Source: the human T2T-CHM13v2.0 reference genome, Homo sapiens
Strand: one strand, 5' to 3'
Assembly (NCBI RefSeq): GCF_009914755.1
Contig: NC_060947.1
DNA length: 64,000 bases
The translations under genes were made by a program, and so were the position numbers. Each line of letters starts with the position of its first letter. The stretch's first letter is position 1. The notes beneath the pieces are model-generated. The model saw only the letters and a program-made list of their open reading frames with translations, did not search any database and was not told where the DNA came from. Positions 16,033-28,800 of this stretch are shown in pieces.

Positions 16033-19000
16033 TTCTTTTTTATTACTTTTTTTTAAGCCTGTTTATTTTTCTATTTCAACAGCTTTTGGGGTACAAGTCA
16101 TTTTTGGTTACATGAATGAATTATATAGTGGTGAATTCTGAGACTTTTAGTGCACTTATCACCAGAGTAGTGTATATTGTACCTAAATTGCATTTTTAAA
16201 TCTCTGGCCTCCTTCTCACTCTACCTCTTCTGAGTCTCTAAAGCCCATTATATCACTCTGTATGCTTCTGTGTACTCATAGCTTAGCTCTCACTTATAAG
16301 AGAACAGATGAATTTTGGTTTCCCACTCCTATGTTACTTCACTTAGAATAATGGCCTCCAGCTCTATCCAAGTTGCTACAAAAGACATTATTTTGTTCCT
16401 TTTAATGGCTGATTAGTATTTCATGGTGTATATATACCACATTTTTTATCCACTCATTAATTAATGGGTATATAGGTTGATTCCACATCTTTGCAACTGT
16501 GAATTGTGCTGCTACCAACATACCTGTGCAATTGTCTTCTTCGTGTAATGACTTCTTTCCTTTGGGTAGATACTCAGTAGTGAGATTGATGGATCAAATG
16601 GTACACTTACTTTTAGCTCTTTAAGGAATTTCCATACTGTTTTCTACAGAAGATGTACTAATTTACATTTCCACCAGCAGTGTATCAGCATTGTCTGTTA
16701 CCCACAGCCACAACAACATCTTTTATTTTATTTTACTTTTTTACTTCTTAATAATGGCTCTTGAAGGAGTAAGGTGGCATCACATTTTGGTTTTAATTTG
16801 TACTTCCCTGGTGATTAGTGATGTTGACTATTTATTCATAGGTTTGTTGGCCATTTGTATATGTTCTTTTGAGAAATGTCTACTCATGTCCTTTGCCCAC
16901 TTCTTAATGGGATTATTTGGTTTTATCTTCCTAATTTGTTGTGGTTGCTTATAGATTTTGGATACTAATCTTTTATTGGATGCATAGTTTGTAAATATTT
17001 TCTTCCATTCTGTGGGCTGTCTGTTTACTCTGTTAATTATACCTATTATTGTGCAGAAGCTTTTTAGTTTAATTAGGTCCCATTTATTTATTTTTGTTTT
17101 TGATGCATTTGTTTTTGAGGTCTTAGTCATGAATTCTGTGCCTAAGTCAATGTCTAGAAAATTTTTTTCAATATTGTCTTCTAGAATTTTTATGATTTGA
17201 GATTATATTTAAGTCTTGGATTCATTTGAGTTGATTTTTGCATATGGTGAGAGATAGGGATCCAGTTTCATTCTTCTAGCTGTGGCTTGCCAGTTTTCCC
17301 AGGACCATTTATTAAATAGAGCGACCATTCCCCAATTTACGTTTTTGTATGCTTTGTTGAAAATCGGTTGGCTGTATGTATTTGACTTTATTTCTAGGTT
17401 CTCTATTCTATTTTATTGGTCTGTGTGCCTACTTTTATACCAGTACCATGCTATAGCGGTAATTATAGCCTTGTAGTAAAATTTAAATTCTGGTAAAGTG
17501 CTGTTGGATTCAGTTAGCTAATTTTTTTGTGTGGATTTTTGCATAAATGTTCATCAGAGAAATCTATTTGTAGTTTTGTGGTGTTGTAGTTTTGTCCTTT
17601 CCTGACTTTGGTATCAGTGTGATACTAGCGTCATGGAATGATTTAGGAAGAATTTCTTCTTTCTCAATTTTTCGGAGTAGTTTTAGAAGGATTAGTGCCA
17701 ATTCATTTTTGAATATCTGGTAGAATTCAGCTGTTCATCCATCTGGTCCTGGAATTCTTTTTCTTGGCAATTTTTAATTCACTGATTTAATGTTGCTGCT
17801 TGTTATTGATCTGTTCAAGATTTCTGTATCTTCCTAATTTAATCTAGGAGGATTGTATGTTACTAGGAATTTGTCCATTTTGTCTAGGTTTTCTAGTTTG
17901 TGCACGTAAAGATTTTCATAGTTTTCTCAAATGATATTTTGTATTTCTGTGGTGTAGGTTGTAATGTCTCCATTTTTATTTCTAATTGAGCTTATCTGGG
18001 TCTTCACTCTTCTTTTTGGATTAATATAGCTAATGGTCTATCACTTTTATTCATTTTTTTTTCTATTAGGCTCGTGCAAAAGTAATTGCAAAAGTCATTG
18101 TAGTTTTTGCCATTACTCTTAAAAGTAAACGTTTTTTGCTTACTCTTAAAAGTAAAAATTTTTGCCATTACTCTTAAACAATATTTTTAAAATTAAGTTT
18201 AAAAAAATTTTTTTTTGAATTTCATGTTTCTCTGCTCTGATTTTATTATTTACTTTCTTCTTCTAGCTTCAGGTTTAGTTTGTTCTTGTTTTTTCAGTTC
18301 CTTGAAGTGTGACATTAGGTTGCCAATTTGTGTTCTTTCAGACTTTTTGATGCAGGTGATTAGTGCTGTAAGTTTTCCTCTTAGGACTGCTTTTGCTGTG
18401 TTGCAGCAGTTTTGATAACTTGTCTCATTATTATCATCCAATTCAAAGAACTTTAAAATTTTCATCGTAATTTCATTGTTAACCAGGATATAATTTAGCA
18501 GATCATTTAATTTCCCTTTTTTTATCATTTTGAGGGTTCCTTTAGAAGTTGATTTCTAGTTTGTTTTCACTCTGTTCTGGAATGATACTTGTGATTTCAA
18601 TATTTTGAAATTTATTGAGATTTGTTTTGTGGCCTATCATATGGTCTATCATGGAGAATATTCCATGTACTGATGAGAAGAATGTATATTTCACAGATCT
18701 TGGTTAGAATGTTCTGTAAATATCAATTAAGTTTATTTATTCTAGCATGTCATGTATGTTCATTGTTTCTCTGTTGAGTTTCAGTCTTGATGATCTATCT
18801 GGTGCTGTCAGTGGTGTATTGATGTCTCCCACTATTATTGTTTTGCTGTCTATCTCATTTCTTAGGTTTAGTATTAATTGTTTTATGGATCTAGGACCTC
18901 TAGCATTTGGTGGACATAAATTTAAGATTGTAATGTCTTCTTGTTGAATTGATTCCTTTATCATTATATAGTGAGCATCTTAGTCTTTTTTATTTACTGT

Positions 19001-22000
19001 TGTTGCTTTGAAGTATATTTTGCATAAGAATAACTTCTCCTGCTAGCTTTTGGTTTCCATTATTGTGGAATATCTTTTTTCACCCTTTTAACTTGAGTTA
19101 ACATGAATCTTTCTATATTACATGGTCTCTTGAAGAGAGCAGATATTTCGTTGATGGTTTTCTTTTTTTTAAGTCTACTCTGCCATTCCATATCTTTTAA
19201 GTGGAACATTTAGGCCATTTATATTTAATGTTAATATTGAGACATGAGGTACTCTTCTCTTCATCATGTTAATTGTAACCTAGATTTTTTTTTCTAACTG
19301 TGTTATTGTTTTATAGGCTTTGTGAGATTTAAGCTTTCAAGAAGTTTTAATTTGGTGCATATCAAGCTTTGTTTAAGGGCTTAGAACTCCTTTTAGCATT
19401 TCCTGTAGTGCTGGTTTGGTTGTGACAAATGCCTTCAGCATTTGTTTGTCTGAAAATGACTATATTTCTCCTTCATTTATGAAACTTAATTTTGTAAGAT
19501 ACAAAATTATTAGCTGATATTTTCTCTGTTTAAGGAGGTTGAAGATAGGACTCCAATCCCTTCTGGCTTGTAAAGTTTCTTCTGAGAAGCCTGCTGTGAG
19601 TCTGATAGGATTTTCCTTGTAGGTTTCCTGATGCTTTTGTCTCACTGCTCTTAGAATTCTTGCCTTCATGTTGAATTTAGATAGCCTGATGATTATATGT
19701 TTTGGTGAAATTTCTTTTTGCAATACATTTCCCAGGAGTTCTTTGAGCTTCTTGGATTTGGATATGTAGATCTTGAGCCCGGATAGAAAAGATATCAATT
19801 ATTCCCTCAAATAAGTGTTCCAGACTTATTATTTTCTCTTCTTCAGGAATGCCAATTTTTCTTAGATTTGGCTGCTTTGCACAATCCCATATTTCTTAGA
19901 TAGCTTGTCTATTTCTTTTGATATTTCTTTATTTTTGTCTGATTTGGTTAATTTAAACGACTTGTCTTCAAACTCTAAAATTATTTCTTCTACTTGTTCT
20001 AGCCCATTGTTAGAACTTTCCACTCAATTTTCTAATTCTTTCAGTATGTCTTTCATATCCATAAGTTTTCATTGTTTTTCCTTGATTGTATCTCTCTAAA
20101 ACTTTCTCGTTCATATTCTGAACTTCTTTTTAAAATTTCTTTGTGATGGTTTTTATCGTTCTCTGGTATCTACTTGAGTAGCTTAATAATCAAACTTCTG
20201 AATTTCTTATCAGTATTTCACAGTTTTATTCTGGGTTTGGGTCCATTGCTGGAGAGCCAGTGTGATCTTTTGGGGGTGGTAGAGCACCCTGTTTTGTCAC
20301 ATTACCAAAGTTATTTTTCTGCTTTCTTCTCATTTGGATAGACTATTTCTTCTAATTATTTTTTAATTTATGTTTGATTTGACTGTTTCTTTTGTGTGTT
20401 TGATTTTAATTTTTTTATTTCCTCCTTAAAAATTATACTTTAATGCCTATAGTTAATTTTACCCTAATTTGGTTCTTGGTGCTTTCAGTGGTGAAGACTC
20501 TGTAAGAGTTCCTTGCTTATTGAGAGTTTTTGTATAATGGCTTTCTCACATACTGGTTGTAGTGTCAATGCGCTTGGTGGATGAATAAGTTCACTATTTC
20601 CTATGGAATTTGAATTATAGAGACACCTTAAAGCTTAACTCATTCCCCTGTGGTGTGCACTTTTTTATTTTATTCATTTACTCCCAGTATTTACTGGTTT
20701 GATAGTTTAGGCTTAAGGACAGTAGGGGTGGTGTCCCCATATAGAAACTGGTTGTGGCTTAGCATGTGGGTAAATGAAGTCTTAGACCTGAAAGAGTGGC
20801 TGGAGGAACTCTCAGGGAGTTGCACCAAGGTCTTATCATGGAAAAGCTCTGGAGCCAGCTCAGCACCTTTGCCAGCTCAGCAGTAAATGTATTCATCTCT
20901 CAGACATGCTTCTGTCACAATGCTATGACTATTCTAATTAGACAAGCACCTCTTTTCATCTATAGGAATGTTCTACATAGAGAGGAATTGTGACTCTGTA
21001 TCTCATGCAAACCTGAAACAGGAAGGTGCTTCTTCTTTGAAGATGCAGTCATCCTGATGTGTTCCAGAAAGTCTGTTTATATTTGCACCCAAGTCACACT
21101 CCCATGGGAGAAGCCACAGCTGTGCTTATTTTGGTGGATAAGTAGGGAAAGACTTCCTCTTTTCCAAGGCCCTTCACATGCACCAGGGCTGTTTGACGGC
21201 TGGAAGATAACTGAAGACATTCCTTGGTGAGCTTAGCACTTAAACTGTGCCTCTGCTGAAGGAGGCTTTCCTCAAGTGGTAGGATCTGGTGCTCAGGGCC
21301 TCTCATCGGGTTCCTTTTGTCCCACAGGGTGTTCCCTTAATGTGGTGCACTCCCTCTTTCTTTAGGAGTGGGAGTCTGTGAGAGCTAGGCAACTGTGAGT
21401 GTTGTTGCTCCTCTGTGTCTAGCTGCCCATTGAAGGTGCCACAATCCAGGCTGGTGTTGGGCAATTTCTGAAAATGATCTGGTGATGTGAGCTGTCCTCA
21501 AGTTTCCCAGCAGTGGGTAGCAACACAAACTCTAATGGGGGTGGCAAGGGAGTGATATAGACTCTGTGAAATCTTTTGGTTATTGATAGCTTTATTGTGT
21601 TGGCTTTCTTGAATGCCAGTGTTAGTAATAATGAGCTGGTCACATGAACAGACTCAAGACCTCCTGGTTAGCCAGATTCATGCAGGCCGTTGTGTAGCTG
21701 AGATCGCATAGTCATTTTTTCCTTCCTGGGTACAGTATTATTCTACTAGGAGATACTGTAATGGACCATGGTGGTTGGCTTTTAGCTAGGATGTGGCACT
21801 TGCAAAAGAGTGTGAGCTGAATTAGCAGTGGGATTTTGTTTGCCTTATGCTGCCTATAGGGCTTACTCTGGTTTCTCAGGCAATGGTAGGTCTGTGTAGC
21901 TCCCAAGAGATTCTGTTCCTTGTGTTAAGCTATCAATCAGAGTGAGGCTCAGTAGGGTAGGTTTGCCTTCTGTATCACCATGTGCAGAGCAGCCTCTGTG

Positions 22001-22933
22001 GGTGTTGGAGGATGGAAGCAGGTCTCAGGCCACCAGGTTGATGTTCCAGAGAGGAGAATTGATGCCTCTGCTGTGCAGAAGAGTTTGTGCAGGGAGTGGG
22101 GGTACCAGGTGGTGGTAAGCCTCACAGTTTCCATGCACTTGGAAAGGAAGATCTATTTCCACAGTGTTCCACTGGCAGCAGAAAACTGAGTTCCAGTCAG
22201 CCTGTAATCAGATCACATCACTGCCTGGAGTCATGAGCTATTCCCATGAAGACTGCAACCTCAGCTTTCAAGCTATACTTCTCCCTGTCCACTGCAAAGC
22301 CAGGCACCTGGCTCCTGCAGCCATGGATCCTGCTTTTACAATTCCTGCATTCATAACTCCTGTACTCACAGCCCTCTTTTCACTCCCTTGTGCCCTAGCC
22401 CTGCCCAAGAGACTTCATCCCTACCTGAGGTTATATTGTGAAACCCCACTGAGAGCTTCTTTCAACCTCTGACCAGTGCCTGAACTTTTTGGCTTTCCTA
22501 GAGAGAGTCTCCCATGAGGAAGAGTAATAAATTGTTGCCCTCAGTCCACATTGGAATCTGGGAGTGCATGTAAGGGTCTTCACACTGCTGCTCCTATTTT
22601 TATATTCCATGGCCTTCCCCAAGCCCATTACTGAGTTGAGTGGGATTAGGGCCTTTCCCTGTGTCCAGGATATTCTGGTTCCACAGTGAGGGTGTATATC
22701 CCAGGGGCAAACTCTCCCCCTCTCACAACTGGGGGACTTTGCCTGACTCATAGTGTATGCTGCCTCCCCCTGCTTCCTTCAAAGAGTCCATAGGTTCCTT
22801 CTGTTTTTTTGGTTGAGTCACCGTGTTACTTCTTTAAAAAAGTGTACAATGTGAACCTATACACAGTATTTTGTCCTTCCAATTAGGAGAGATAATGCTA
22901 GCAATGCCTTCAATTTGCTATATTGGAAAAAAA
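16033..22933 (-). mobile_element. L1PB-type element with both ends, long 5' UTR and a ~0.95-kb deletion of the RT core
   Basis: L1PB-like 3' UTR at ~16070-16300, ORF2 and ORF1 remnants (19460-19798), 5' end at ~22925. Degenerate TSD CTATAAGTTGTTTTAT (16017-16032) and CTATAAAATGTTTTAT (22934-22949). Confidence 0.88.
18066..18178. mobile_element. Half MADE1 (Hsmar1 MITE) followed by imperfect tandem repeats
   Basis: TA-TTAGGCTCGTGCAAAAGTAATTGC...TTTTTGCCATTACT matches one MADE1 arm. The second arm is absent. Confidence 0.8.
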
Positions 22934-22934
22934 C

Positions 22935-25165
22935 TATAAAATGTTTTATGTAAGCCTCATGGTATACACAAATTTAAAACTTATAGTAAATACACAAAAA
23001 GTAAAGGCAAATGAATCAAATAATACCACTACAAAAAACCAACAAATCAAAAAAAAAAAAAAGACAGCAAGACTTAAGCAAACAAAAAAAGCAAAACAGT
23101 CAAAAAACAATGAACAAAATGGAAATAGTATGCTCTTACCTATAAATAATTGCTTTAAATATAAATTAATTAAAATTTTTACCAGAAGACACAGAGTGCT
23201 TGAGCAGATTTTTAAAAAAGATCCAATAAAATACTACCATAAGAGACTCAGATTAGCCTTAAGGACACACATAAAGTAAAAGAATGGGAAAATCATAACA
23301 TGAAAATGGTAACCCAAAGGGAGCAGGTGACTATTTATATCAGAAAAATAAAAAATTTAGGCAAAATATTTTACAGAAGAGAAAAAAGTCACTATATAAT
23401 GATAAACTGGTTAATCCACCAAGAAGATATAATAGTTGTAAATCTATATTCACCCAATATTGAGGCAGGGAAATATATGAAACAAATTTTAACAGAAATG
23501 AAGAAAGAAATAGACATCAATAAAATTATGATAGGGGATTTTAATACATTGCTAACAAAAATGGTTAAATCATTCAGACAAAATCAATAAGCAAAAGAAA
23601 AACTTGATAAAACACTATAGCAAAAGAATACATGTCTTTTTCTCAGTGCACACACAACATTGTTCAGTATGGGTCATATGTTTGGCCACATAACAAGTCT
23701 TGACAAATTAAAGATTGATATCTTATCAAACATATTTTCAAACAACAATGGTATAAAACTAGAAAAAGAAGAAATTCTGGAAAATTCACCAATATATGAA
23801 AATTAAACTACCCTCTACTGAACAATTAATGGGTAAAAACAAAATCAAACTGAAAACAAAAAAGTTTCTTGAGACAAATAATAGTTTTTTTTAAATACTG
23901 TGTATGGTATTAAGCAGAAGCATTACAAAGAAAGAAGCTTATTATAATAAATACCTATATTTTTAAAAACTCAACATAAAAAATTTTTACACATCAAGGA
24001 GAAGTAACAAACCAAGAAAAAAACAAAATAAAAAAGAACAAAACCCCAATTTTGCAAAAGAGAGAAAAAAATATTAGAGAAGAAACAAATAAAATTGAGA
24101 CTAGAAAGATAATTTAAAAAATTGACAAAACTGAGGCTTGATTGATTATTTGACAAAATAAAAAATGTTTAAAAAGCCTTTAACTAGACTAACCAAGTAA
24201 AATGAAAGGAACCTCAAATTAATAAAATTATAAATAAAAGTGGATAGAATACAACTGATACCACAGAAGTACATAGGGTCATAAAAGACTACTATGAGCA
24301 AATATATGGCAAAAAATTGAAAAAGAAAGAATGAATTAATAAATGTTTAGAAACACACAACTGAAGCATCTGAAATATGAAGAAACAGAAAATCTGTATA
24401 GAACAGTAATGAGAAAGAAGATTGAATCAATGAACAAAAATATTCCATCAAAGAAAAGCCCAGGGCCTGCTGGTTTCATGGCAGAAATCTACCAAACTTT
24501 TAAGGAAAAACTAATACAAATAATTCTCAAGCTCTTTCAAATATTGGAGACAAGTAAATACTTCCAAACTCAATGAAGGCAGCATTAGCCTTATACTAAT
24601 CCAGATTATAATGGTATAATAAAATAAAGGTACAGTTTAATATTCCTGATGAGCATAGATATAAAATTCTTTACAAAAAACCAGCAAACCAAATTTAACA
24701 GCACAAAAATAAGATCATATACTCTGGCCAACTTAGATATATCTCTGAGATTAAGGGATATTTAAAGATATGCAATTCAATATTAATAAGGAGGCAAATT
24801 AATAGAATGAATAATAAAATGTATATGATTATCTCCATAAATGCAGAAAAAAAAACAAATGGCACAATTCAAAATCTTTCATGATAAAAGCTTTCAACAA
24901 GTTACTTATAAGAAGAATGTAACTCAATAAAATAAAGGCCATATATAAAAATCACACAGCTAATTCATAACCAATCGTTAAAAGGCAAAAGCTTTTTCTG
25001 TATCATCAGGAATAAGACAAGAATGTTCGTTATAACCACTTTTATTTGACGTACTGATAGAAGTTTTGGTGCTAATAGGCAAGAATAAATAAATAAAAGG
25101 CATCCGAATCAGAAAAAAGAAGTATTTTTTTCTATTTCCAGATGACATTGTTTCATATAGTAGAT
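22935..25165 (+). mobile_element. Continuation of the old L1M: ORF2 endonuclease to RT motif
   Basis: ORF 23300-23590 (IHQEDIIVVNLYSPN...IGDFNT), ORF 24343-24576 (KKSPGPAGF), and CTATTTCCAGATGACATT (degenerate FADD) at ~25132. Confidence 0.85.
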
Positions 25166-25169
25166 GCAT

Positions 25170-25590
25170 ATGATACTCTCTTCTTCCATGTAAAAGAGCA
25201 AACAGAGCAAGTCAGTAAACACACTTTGATCAGATCATCTAAGAAAGAGCACTAAAATTCAACAGAGGATGGAAAGCAATAAAAGCAAGGAAGAAAAGGA
25301 AATCAAGGCAGCTTGCTGAGTTAGAATTGGCTGACAATTTAGAGAGCTATCTAAAGCAGAAAAAAGGTAAGTGAGAGTGGTCCATATTCCCACCACAGAC
25401 TCCTACCTTCTGAGCCTTAAGAGAGCTCCTAGAACCCTGCAGGTCCTGAGACTAACATAGCAAGCTGCCTGGAGATCATGTGAAGGCATTGTTACAGAAA
25501 AATTGCTCACACAGAATACCATCTACTGCTGAGCCTTAAGCAGCTATAGAATAGTGTAATTTGAGAGCCCAGCCCCCACCAGATTACTCC
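25170..25590 (+). mobile_element. L1MA/L1M-type 5' UTR fragment
   Basis: Resembles an old L1 5' end (CAGATCATCTAAGAAAGAGCACT; GAGAGCCCAGCCCCCACCAGA). Confidence 0.6.
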
Positions 25591-25943
25591 TGGCAGTGGA
25601 AAATGAAGAAATTTCTTTTGATACAATGCAGAAAGAACTTTAAGTTGGAGCTGATGATGTTGAAGCATTTGCTACTGACACAGTAAGAACTAAAATAATC
25701 TACTGAAAAATTGATCAGAAAAAAGTAGTTGTCAGTCATGGCATACATCGGACATTTGGAAAACAGCAGTGGCAGCAACTGTAAGACACCCTTAATGCCT
25801 GGAAACAAACTCTGAACAAATTGAAAAACGGCCTTTTGAGTCTTTCTGATACCTGAGTTTTTATGCTTATAATTTTTGTTCTTTTTGGGAAAAAATAATC
25901 CCTAAATCATAGTAAAACATTATAAACTAAAAAAAAAAAAAAA
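25591..25943 (+). pseudogene. EIF3M: 5'-truncated processed pseudogene of EIF3M (C-terminus, 3' UTR, poly(A)); possibly the annotated EIF3MP1
   Basis: Translates as AVENEEISFDTMQKEL*VGADDVEAFATDTVRTKIIY*KIDQ-KKVVVSHGIHRTFGKQQWQQL*DTLNAWKQTLNKLKNGLLSLSDT*, matching the eIF3m C-terminus (...HRTFGKQQWQQLYDTLNAWKQNLNKVKNSLLSLSDT*). Native stop at 25854-25856, three premature stops, A-tail at 25929-25943. Confidence 0.95.
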
Positions 25944-27406
25944 GACAAATCCTTAGCAATAAATGCCTCCATCAAAAAGCTAAAAACATTTAATATAAAA
26001 ATCTAATTATGCACATCAAAATACTAGAAGAGCAAGAACAAACCAATCACAAATAGGTAGCAGGAAACATGTAACAAAGATCAGGACAGTACTAAAAAAA
26101 TGGAGACTTTAACAATTAAAAAATCAATAATATGAGAATTTGAAGTTTTGAAAAATTAAACTTAACAAACCACTTACTAAACTAATCAGGAAATGTAAGA
26201 AGACCCAACTAAATGAACCAGAAGTTAAAAAGGAGAATTGCAACTGAGGACAGAGAAATGCAAAAGATTATTAGAGACTATAATGAACAACAATAATACA
26301 TCAACAAACTAGAGAACCTTAAGAAAATGGATATGTTTCTGGACATTTAAAAACTATCAATACTGAATTAGGAAGAAATATAAAATCTGAACAGAACAAT
26401 AATGAGTAATGAAATTGACTCAATAAAAAAATATTCCAACAAACAAAAGTTTAGGACTGAATGGCTTTACTGCCAATTTACCAAGATTTAAAAGAAATAT
26501 GAATAGATCAAAATATTTGAAAAAGTTTAAGAGATGAAAAATTTCCATAACTCATTCTGTCAGGACAGCATTATTCTGACACTGAATTTATGCAAAAACC
26601 GAACCAAAAAAAAAGGAAACTACAGGTCAATATTCCTGATAAATATAGATAAGAAAGTTCTCAATAAAATGGCAGCAAACCAAACAACTGCACATCAAAA
26701 ATTTATACATCATGATCCAGTCGGATGCATCCCAGGTATTCAAGGGTGGTTCAATATATGCAAATCAGTACATGTGATATGTCACATCTAGAGAATGAAA
26801 AAGAAAAACCACATCATTATTTTAATAAATGCAGAAAAAAATGTTAAAATTGAACATCTTTTTCTGATAAAAACTCAATAAATTATGACTAAAGGGAATA
26901 TATAACAACATAATAAAAGCCATATATGACAAGCCCATAAAAATATCATAATGAATGGGTAAAAGCTGAAATTCTTTCTTTTAAAAACTGGAACAAGACA
27001 AGAATGCCCAGTATCAAGACAAGAATGCTCATTATCAGCACTCCTATAAAACATAGTATTTTAAGTTTTAGCCAGAGCAATCAGGCAAGTGGAGGAAATG
27101 ACAGACATCCAAATTAGAAAACAGGAAGTCAAATTTTTCTTTTTGCTGATAATATGATCTTATATCTACAAATATCTAAAGAATGCAACAGAAAACTCAA
27201 TTATCTGATAAATAAATTCAGTAAATTTCTGGATATACCATTAACATAGAAAATTATTTAATATTTCCATGCATCAATAGTGGACCATCTAAAAAGAAAA
27301 AAAGAAGGCAATCCCACTTAAAACAGCTACATGATAACTGAGATATCCAGGAATAAACATAACCAAGAAGGTGAAAGATCTTTTTAAGAAAAAAATTACT
27401 AAACAT

Positions 27407-27870
27407 TGAACAAGAAAATTGAAGATGACACAAACAAATAGAAATATACCCTTTGCTCATGTATCAGAACAATTAATACCATGAAAATGACTACACAGCC
27501 TGAAACGGTTTGGCTCTGTGTCCCCACCGAAATCTCATGTTGAATTGTAATTCTTAGTGTTGGAGGAGGGGCCTTGTGGGATGTGATTGAATCATGGGGA
27601 CAGATTTCTTCCTTGCTTTTCTTGTGATAATGAGTGAGTGAACAAAGAAATTAAAGATGACACAGACAAATAGAAATACGCCCTTTGCTCATGTATCAGA
27701 ACAATTAATACCATTAAAATGACCACACAGTCTGATATGGCTTGGCTCTGTGTCCCCACCCAAATCTCTAGTTGAATTATAATTCTTAGTGTTGGAGGAG
27801 GGGCCTTGGGGGAGGTGATTGAATCATGGGGACGGATATCTTCCTTTCTTTTCTTGTGATAGTGAGTGAG
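27407..27870 (+). repeat. Tandem duplication, 2 x 232 bp, spanning the L1/MSTA junction
   Basis: Units 27407-27638 and 27639-27870 both read TGAACA...TTTGCTCATGTATCAGAACAATTAATACC...TGGCTCTGTGTCCCCACC...TGAGTGAG. Confidence 0.95.
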
Positions 27871-28126
27871 TTCTCATGAGTTCTTGTTGTTTAAAAGTGT
27901 GTAGCACTTCCTCTTTTGTTCTCTCTTTCTCCTTCTCTGGCCATGTAAGACATGTCAGCTTCCCTTTCACTCCTTCTCCTTCCAATATGATTGTAAGTTT
28001 CCTGAGACTTTTCCAGTTATGTTTCTTGTACAAGCTACAGAACTGTGAGTCAATTAAACCTCTTTTCTTTATAAATTACTCAGTCTCAGGTAGTTCCTTA
28101 TAGCAATGTGAAAACGAACTAATGCA
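27733..28126 (+). mobile_element. MSTA-type solo LTR (extra partial copy at 27501-27638)
   Basis: TGATATGGCTTGGCTCTGTGTCCCCACCCAAATCTC start. TSD CAGCC at 27496-27500 and 28127-28131. Confidence 0.9.
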
Positions 28127-28628
28127 CAGCCCAAAGCAAACTACAAATTTAGTGTAGTTTTACACTAAATTATTACACGAATTTTTACTATTACAATGCC
28201 AACATCATTTTTCAGAGATATAGCTCAAATAATTATATAATTTGTATAACACCAAAAAATAACCTAAGTAGAAAAACAATTACGAGCAATAAATAAAGCT
28301 GGAGGTATCACAATACTTGTATTCAAAATATATTACAAGACCATAGGAAAAAAACAGCATTATATTGTTATAAAAACAAACACATAGACCAATGAAACAG
28401 AATAGAGAATAAGAAATAAGTCCATCCATTTATAGACAACTGAGATTTGACAACTGGGCCAAAAGCTTACACTAGAGAGGGCCATCTTCTTCAATTCATG
28501 GTGCTCAGGAAACTGGATATCCATATGTAAAAATGGAACTTGACTTTATTTCTCATCATAACAAAAAAGTCTGTTCAAGCTGGATTAAACACTTTAGTAT
28601 AAAAACTGAAACTATAAAACTACTAGAA

Positions 28629-28800
28629 GAGGGTGGAGAGATGGAATGGGGTGGGTTAAAAAACTACTTATTGAGTATTATACTCACTACTTGGGTGATG
28701 GGAGTCATACTCCAAACCTCAGCGTCACTCAAATATTTTCATGTAGCAAATCTGCACATGTACTCCCTGTTCCTAAAATAAAAGTCAAATTAAAAGAAAA
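28629..28800 (+). mobile_element. Very short L1 3'-end insertion (L1PA15/16 or L1PB4-like)
   Basis: 3' UTR motif AAATCTGCACATGTACTCCCTG..CTAAAATAAAAG. Degenerate TSD AAACTATAAAACTACTAGAA / AAACATTAGAAGTACTAGAA. Confidence 0.8.

Noticed and set aside
20650-22751. Cluster of 60-106 aa ORFs on both strands
   Set aside because: They lie in the GC-richer L1PB 5' UTR, where stops are rarer, and resemble no protein I recognise.
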